Source: a bacterium
Lineage (GTDB): Bacteria; Fidelibacterota; Marinisomatia; Marinisomatales; UBA1611
Direction of reading: 5' to 3'
Length of the DNA: 10,185 nt
Assembly (NCBI GenBank): GCA_038127595.1
Contig: JAYPIC010000010.1
Location: 1-10,185, forward strand
Part shown: piece after piece, positions 7,201-10,185 of the stretch
Layout of the letters: each line of letters begins with the position of its first letter
Numbering within the stretch: position 1 is the stretch's first letter
Notes under the pieces: generated by a model
What the model saw: the letters and a program-made list of their open reading frames with translations, nothing else
The model's database searches: none
Told to the model about the DNA's origin: nothing
Made by a program: the position numbers and the translations under genes

Positions 7201-7566
7201 TGCTCCGCCAAAGTGCAAATTTATAACTCTTGAACTAGTACCCGCATTAAGTCCGTTTGGGTCACCAGCATTGTAAAAAACAACTCTAGAACTACCATCA
7301 CTAAGCATATTGTAATCCGCAGAAAACTCAGAGGCAACTCCAATTGTAGAAACGCCAGATAGCATTACCATCGCAGGCGAAACTGAAACATCAAACTGAA
7401 CTCCACCTACATTTCCATTAGGGTTAGAGATTGTAATAGGCACGACGATATCATCAGTGTAACCTGCAAATGCTGTATCTCCAACAGCAATTGAAACATC
7501 TTGCGCCTTTATTAAAGACAAAGCAAAAACAGCAAAGAGAAATGCTTTATTTAACTTTTTAAACAT
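4207..7566 (-). CDS. Secreted multi-cohesin-like protein with FN3, cleaved-adhesin-like domain and C-terminal T9SS type A / FlgD-Ig sorting domain (1119 aa)
   Basis: Signal peptide MFKKLNKAFLFAVFALSLIKA|Q. Five ~135-140 aa repeats with the motifs N...VGGVQFD / VGGIQFD / LGGLFFE / VYGIQVD / VGTMSFE and xxxGxGPV. FN3 motifs PSNL...VNLTWDPP and YKVYK...TSYRDDNV...YYYYVTAIY. Adhesin-like EDFEAGIPEDW...DYLVTP...WAIDDVSI. C-terminal PAEFQLHDNFPNPFNPSTVINY...SAGMYFYRL...KKMVLMK. Confidence 0.88.
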   Translation of the reverse strand: MFKKLNKAFLFAVFALSLIKAQDVSIAVGDTAFAGYTDDIVVPITISNPNGNVGGVQFDVSVSPAMVMLSGVSTIGVASEFSADYNMLSDGSSRVVFYNAGDPNGLNAGTSSRVINLHFGGADILSAVLEVKLNNVVASDASGNLLTSVSIAGDLTIGDVVYLSGSTATADVDETVDIDFSVVNTGSVGGIQFDIKDAPNYLNLISVSTTDRTAGFSADFSDVNEGANSRIIMYSPDNVNLEPGNGPVVTATFEVINTAYADSVSLFMENVMVTDGIGGTYWIASADSGTVIVYPGYIEEPSNLQALDGQDAYVNLTWDPPSGPIPDNIVEDFEAGIPEDWTLTTNSAQGWYLTTDCTSEWWTVPAHTNYMCSNDDQANDDGSVDYLVTPSLNVSGAASVILSFDSYFDGAYGHGASIAVSENGVDFTEVYVLAAATEWVTETVDLSPFITGDDLFILFHSNDNATWASGWAIDDVSISFETRDIPDRLVHFNLTDVGEWVVTAPKEDVIHSYGGGIPFSHRIDLENPIVSNTRPVDIDAYKVYKSLNGITDFEEIVEVEGSVTSYRDDNVVNNTSYYYYVTAIYPDGSESVPTNIVSATPVEWIECSIGDGASLVGLTDTIDISVNNESLLGGLFFEIEDFPDVLVGESVLTTDRTDGWSLSILDDNGKISIAGFGPLAGADPLQPGDGPVCRVVVRPQGDQALTVSLTMTDVQIQDTSNPPVQLNWTAEIGSYEVGIETQYVMLVDGHGEPGSQMTSPLCLINTQPVYGIQVDFVVNPPFISGSGIETTDLVDFSTWSVSSQQLGNVFTLLLFDNTLSNPIQPGSWYLGEVLLDVLPGSPEEFMVDIEYGEMVLSDAYNQPLVSAGLPSEVYIGAPPASYSIHNVEGLLTPGGQGSFEVHLTNTEIVGTMSFEIEDLPNYLTVTSVEAVGRFENGIIDGSTGEDVDEGYFYFLGYDFTGGIPAGDGPVIKINVQMGQNIQNPNVQLLFHEVSAGDAGANSITAISQGLGLFADVNLSSTTDAYVPAEFQLHDNFPNPFNPSTVINYDLAVDGFVDLSIYNVVGKKVKTIVNQNETAGRKITAWYGRDDAGNTLSAGMYFYRLTAGGKVFTKKMVLMK

Positions 7567-7573
7567 TAAAATT

Positions 7574-7578
7574 CCTCC
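7574..7578 (-). promoter_or_regulatory. Shine-Dalgarno site of the 1119-aa gene
   Basis: GGAGG lies 7 nt upstream of the ATG at 7566 (TTGGAGGAATTTTAATG). Confidence 0.8.
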
Positions 7579-7692
7579 AAAATGAAAATTCTTTTTTACA
7601 TCTTAAGATGCAACAAGTTTTATAAAGGGCATAATCTAAGACACCATGCCTAAAAATAATAATTATTAAAAATTAAACTTTTTAATAGTTTT

Positions 7693-8856
7693 TTATGATA
7701 ATGCCTGATCTACATCAGCGGTGAGATCATCAATATGCTCAATTCCAACAGCAAGCCTTAAAAGCTCTGGTACAAGATCCATATCAGCTTTTACCTCCTT
7801 AGGAACATCGGCATGAGTCATAAAATAAGGTACTGACATCAAACTCTCTACGCCTCCCAAACTTTCTGCTAGGAAAAATAAATTAATTTTCTTGACGAAT
7901 TTATCTAAATCTACTTTTGACTGAAAAACCAAAGATACCATACTGCCATAGACTATGTCACCATTCGGACTGTACTGTTGCTTTTGTGCAATTTTATTTT
8001 CAGGATGTGAATCTAATCCAGGGTAGATTGTTTTAACTATTTTAGCATGACCATCAAAATATTTTGCTAAAACCATAGCATTATCTGAAGCTTTTTGAAC
8101 TCTCATTGCCATTGTTTTCACAGATCTTAAGAGCAGCCATGCATCAAAAGGACTGGGAATTGCACCACCTGATTTTTGAATGAAATGTAATTTTTCAGAT
8201 AATTCTTTAGTTTTTGCTATTAATATGCCACCAAGAACATCGCTATGTCCACCTATAAATTTTGTTGAACTATGCATAACACAATCTGCACCTTGCTCAA
8301 TTGGCCTTTGTCCGTAAGGGCTCATAAAAGTATTATCTACTGCAAAAAGTAAGTTATGTTTTTTACATAACTCCGAAACCGCTGCAATATCTGTTATTTC
8401 AAGCATCGGGTTCGTAGGGGTCTCAACAAAGATCCATTTCGTGTTTTTTTTAATGGCCTTTTGAATATTTTGAATGTTAGTAGTATCTACAAAATCAAAT
8501 TGCAATCCATGATTACTTAAAACCTGTGTTGTCATCCGATATGTGCCACCATATACATTTCTAGAAATGATAACATGATCTCCTTGATTTAAATCTTGAA
8601 ATAAGGCAGTAGTTGCAGCCATACCACTTGAAAAAGCAATTGCGTCATAACCACCTTCTAGCGATGCAATATTTTGTTCTAGTCTTTGCCTAGTAGGATT
8701 ATTCCCCCTAGAATAATCATAACCCTTATTTTTACCAATGCCTTCTTGAACATAGGTAGATGTTAAGTGAATAGGAGGAGAGATCGACCCTGTTGAAAGG
8801 TCAGGCTCATTTCCTATATGTATTGCATTAGTTTCAAATTTGTTCTTTTTACTCAT
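7693..8856 (-). CDS. Cys/Met metabolism PLP-dependent enzyme (cystathionine gamma-synthase/gamma-lyase family)
   Basis: Family motifs YDYSRGNNPTR, FSSGMAA, YGGTYR, ETPTNP, VDNTFMSP, HSSTKFIGGHSD (PLP lysine), AESLGGVESL, LLRLAVGIE. MetB, MetC and CGL specificity cannot be separated by eye. Confidence 0.95.
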   Translation of the reverse strand: MSKKNKFETNAIHIGNEPDLSTGSISPPIHLTSTYVQEGIGKNKGYDYSRGNNPTRQRLEQNIASLEGGYDAIAFSSGMAATTALFQDLNQGDHVIISRNVYGGTYRMTTQVLSNHGLQFDFVDTTNIQNIQKAIKKNTKWIFVETPTNPMLEITDIAAVSELCKKHNLLFAVDNTFMSPYGQRPIEQGADCVMHSSTKFIGGHSDVLGGILIAKTKELSEKLHFIQKSGGAIPSPFDAWLLLRSVKTMAMRVQKASDNAMVLAKYFDGHAKIVKTIYPGLDSHPENKIAQKQQYSPNGDIVYGSMVSLVFQSKVDLDKFVKKINLFFLAESLGGVESLMSVPYFMTHADVPKEVKADMDLVPELLRLAVGIEHIDDLTADVDQALS

Positions 8857-8859
8857 CCG

Positions 8860-10185
8860 TTATACTTGAGTATAACCTTGGTTTAGATATTGTTGAAGTT
8901 TTTTATATTTAATTTGAATCTTGTCGCCGCTTGGAGATTGAACGTATATTTTTTCGTTTCTACCAATTTTTTTGTCGGCAACAACAGGGGTAGTCGATTT
9001 CTTTTGTGATTCATTTTTTTGTCCTTGCGGCTGCCCTACAAAGCCCATACCTGTAGTGTCTTGATGCTCAACTTTAACATTTTTGACTCTTCCTGATGTA
9101 ATTGTCTGCGCTTGCTCCATACCCTGTAATTGGGTCCGAAATATCCTTTGAGCGGTAACTGCATTCATATCATTCATCATCTCTTTAAACATACCAAAAC
9201 CTTCAGATTTATACTCTAATAAAGGATTTTTTTGACCGTATGCTCTTAAGTTAATACCTTCCCTTAACTGATCCATTGCGTACAAGTGATCTTTCCATTT
9301 CTCATCGATAGTCCTGAGAATGACAAAACGCTCAAAACCGCGTATAACTTCAGAAGGGACAAGGGATTCTCTAGCTTTGTAAACTGATTCTGCTTCGTTA
9401 CTTATCCAGTCAATTATCTCATCATTTGATAGATCATCACTATTTAAATCATTAGCGATCTTATCATAGCTTAAATCAACTAATAAATGGGTAGCAAAAT
9501 TGTTCCTTAATAAATCCCAATCCCAATCTGCTATGGAGGCCGTACCAGACTGAGCTTCTACTTCATCAACTATGTAATCTTCAATGATTTGCATAACAGT
9601 CTCTCTCATATTTTCGCCAGAAAGTGCTTGATTTCTTAAATCGTAGACAACCTGCCTTTGTTGGTTCATTACATCATCATATTCAAGTAAATGCTTTCTT
9701 ACTCCAAAATTTCTTACTTCTACTTTTTTCTGAGCATTACCGATAGCCCTCGTTATCATCCCAGCAGTAATTACCTCTCCCTCTTCAATGCCCATTCTGT
9801 CCATAATGCTCGCAACTTTATCTGACCCAAATAGCCTCATAAGATCATCTTCTAAGGATAAATAGAATACTGAGGATCCAGGATCACCTTGCCTACCAGA
9901 CCTTCCTCTTAACTGCAAATCTATTCTTCTAGAATCGTGTCTCTCTGTGCCTAAAATATGAAGACCACCAGCATCTTTTACGCCTTCACCCAGCTTGATA
10001 TCTGTTCCTCTACCAGCCATATTTGTTGCAATGGTTACTGCCCCTCTTTGCCCTGCCCGAGCAACAACCTCAGCTTCTTTTTGATGCTGCTTTGCATTTA
10101 AAACGCTATGAGGAATATTTTTCCTTTTAAGCATCCTGGCAATCAATTCAGATGTCTCAACAGCTATCGTACCAACTAGTACTGG
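8860..10185 (-). CDS. secA: Preprotein translocase subunit SecA, C-terminal 441 aa (5'-truncated by window edge)
   Basis: Frame is open to 10185 (PVLVGTIAVETSELIARML...). Motifs VLNAKQH, ATNMAGRGTDIKL, GTERHDSRRIDLQLRGRSGRQGDPGSS, LLEYDDVMNQQR, WKDHL, LRAYGQKNPLLEYK. Confidence 0.99.
   Translation of the reverse strand, partial: PVLVGTIAVETSELIARMLKRKNIPHSVLNAKQHQKEAEVVARAGQRGAVTIATNMAGRGTDIKLGEGVKDAGGLHILGTERHDSRRIDLQLRGRSGRQGDPGSSVFYLSLEDDLMRLFGSDKVASIMDRMGIEEGEVITAGMITRAIGNAQKKVEVRNFGVRKHLLEYDDVMNQQRQVVYDLRNQALSGENMRETVMQIIEDYIVDEVEAQSGTASIADWDWDLLRNNFATHLLVDLSYDKIANDLNSDDLSNDEIIDWISNEAESVYKARESLVPSEVIRGFERFVILRTIDEKWKDHLYAMDQLREGINLRAYGQKNPLLEYKSEGFGMFKEMMNDMNAVTAQRIFRTQLQGMEQAQTITSGRVKNVKVEHQDTTGMGFVGQPQGQKNESQKKSTTPVVADKKIGRNEKIYVQSPSGDKIQIKYKKLQQYLNQGYTQV

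Noticed and set aside
10144..10146. secA start codon given by the ORF track
   Set aside because: The frame continues open to the window edge with conserved SecA sequence (PVLVGT), so the true start lies outside the window.

Overview
AT-rich bacterial window in which every supported gene lies on the minus strand. In transcription order (right to left) it holds: the 3' part of secA, with a cysteine-free C-terminal tail; a closely coupled Cys/Met-metabolism PLP enzyme; a 1119-aa secreted protein with about five cohesin-like domains, a split FN3 domain, a cleaved-adhesin-like domain and a T9SS/FlgD-Ig C-terminal domain; an intrinsic terminator; and tRNA-Leu(TAG). Directly after the tRNA 3' end is a ~2 kb block that looks like a small integrase-less mobile element or remnant. 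It contains arm-site-like repeats, a structured non-coding region, a winged-helix regulator-like ORF, a Cys-rich small ORF, a wHTH replication-initiator-like ORF followed by iteron-like repeats, and a 59-aa zinc-ribbon ORF missing from the ORF track. The window ends in a secreted tandem-LamG protein that runs off the left edge and is also missing from the track. Gene content suggests an FCB-group bacterium such as Marinimicrobia (inference). All domain calls are by-eye motif recognition, not database searches.
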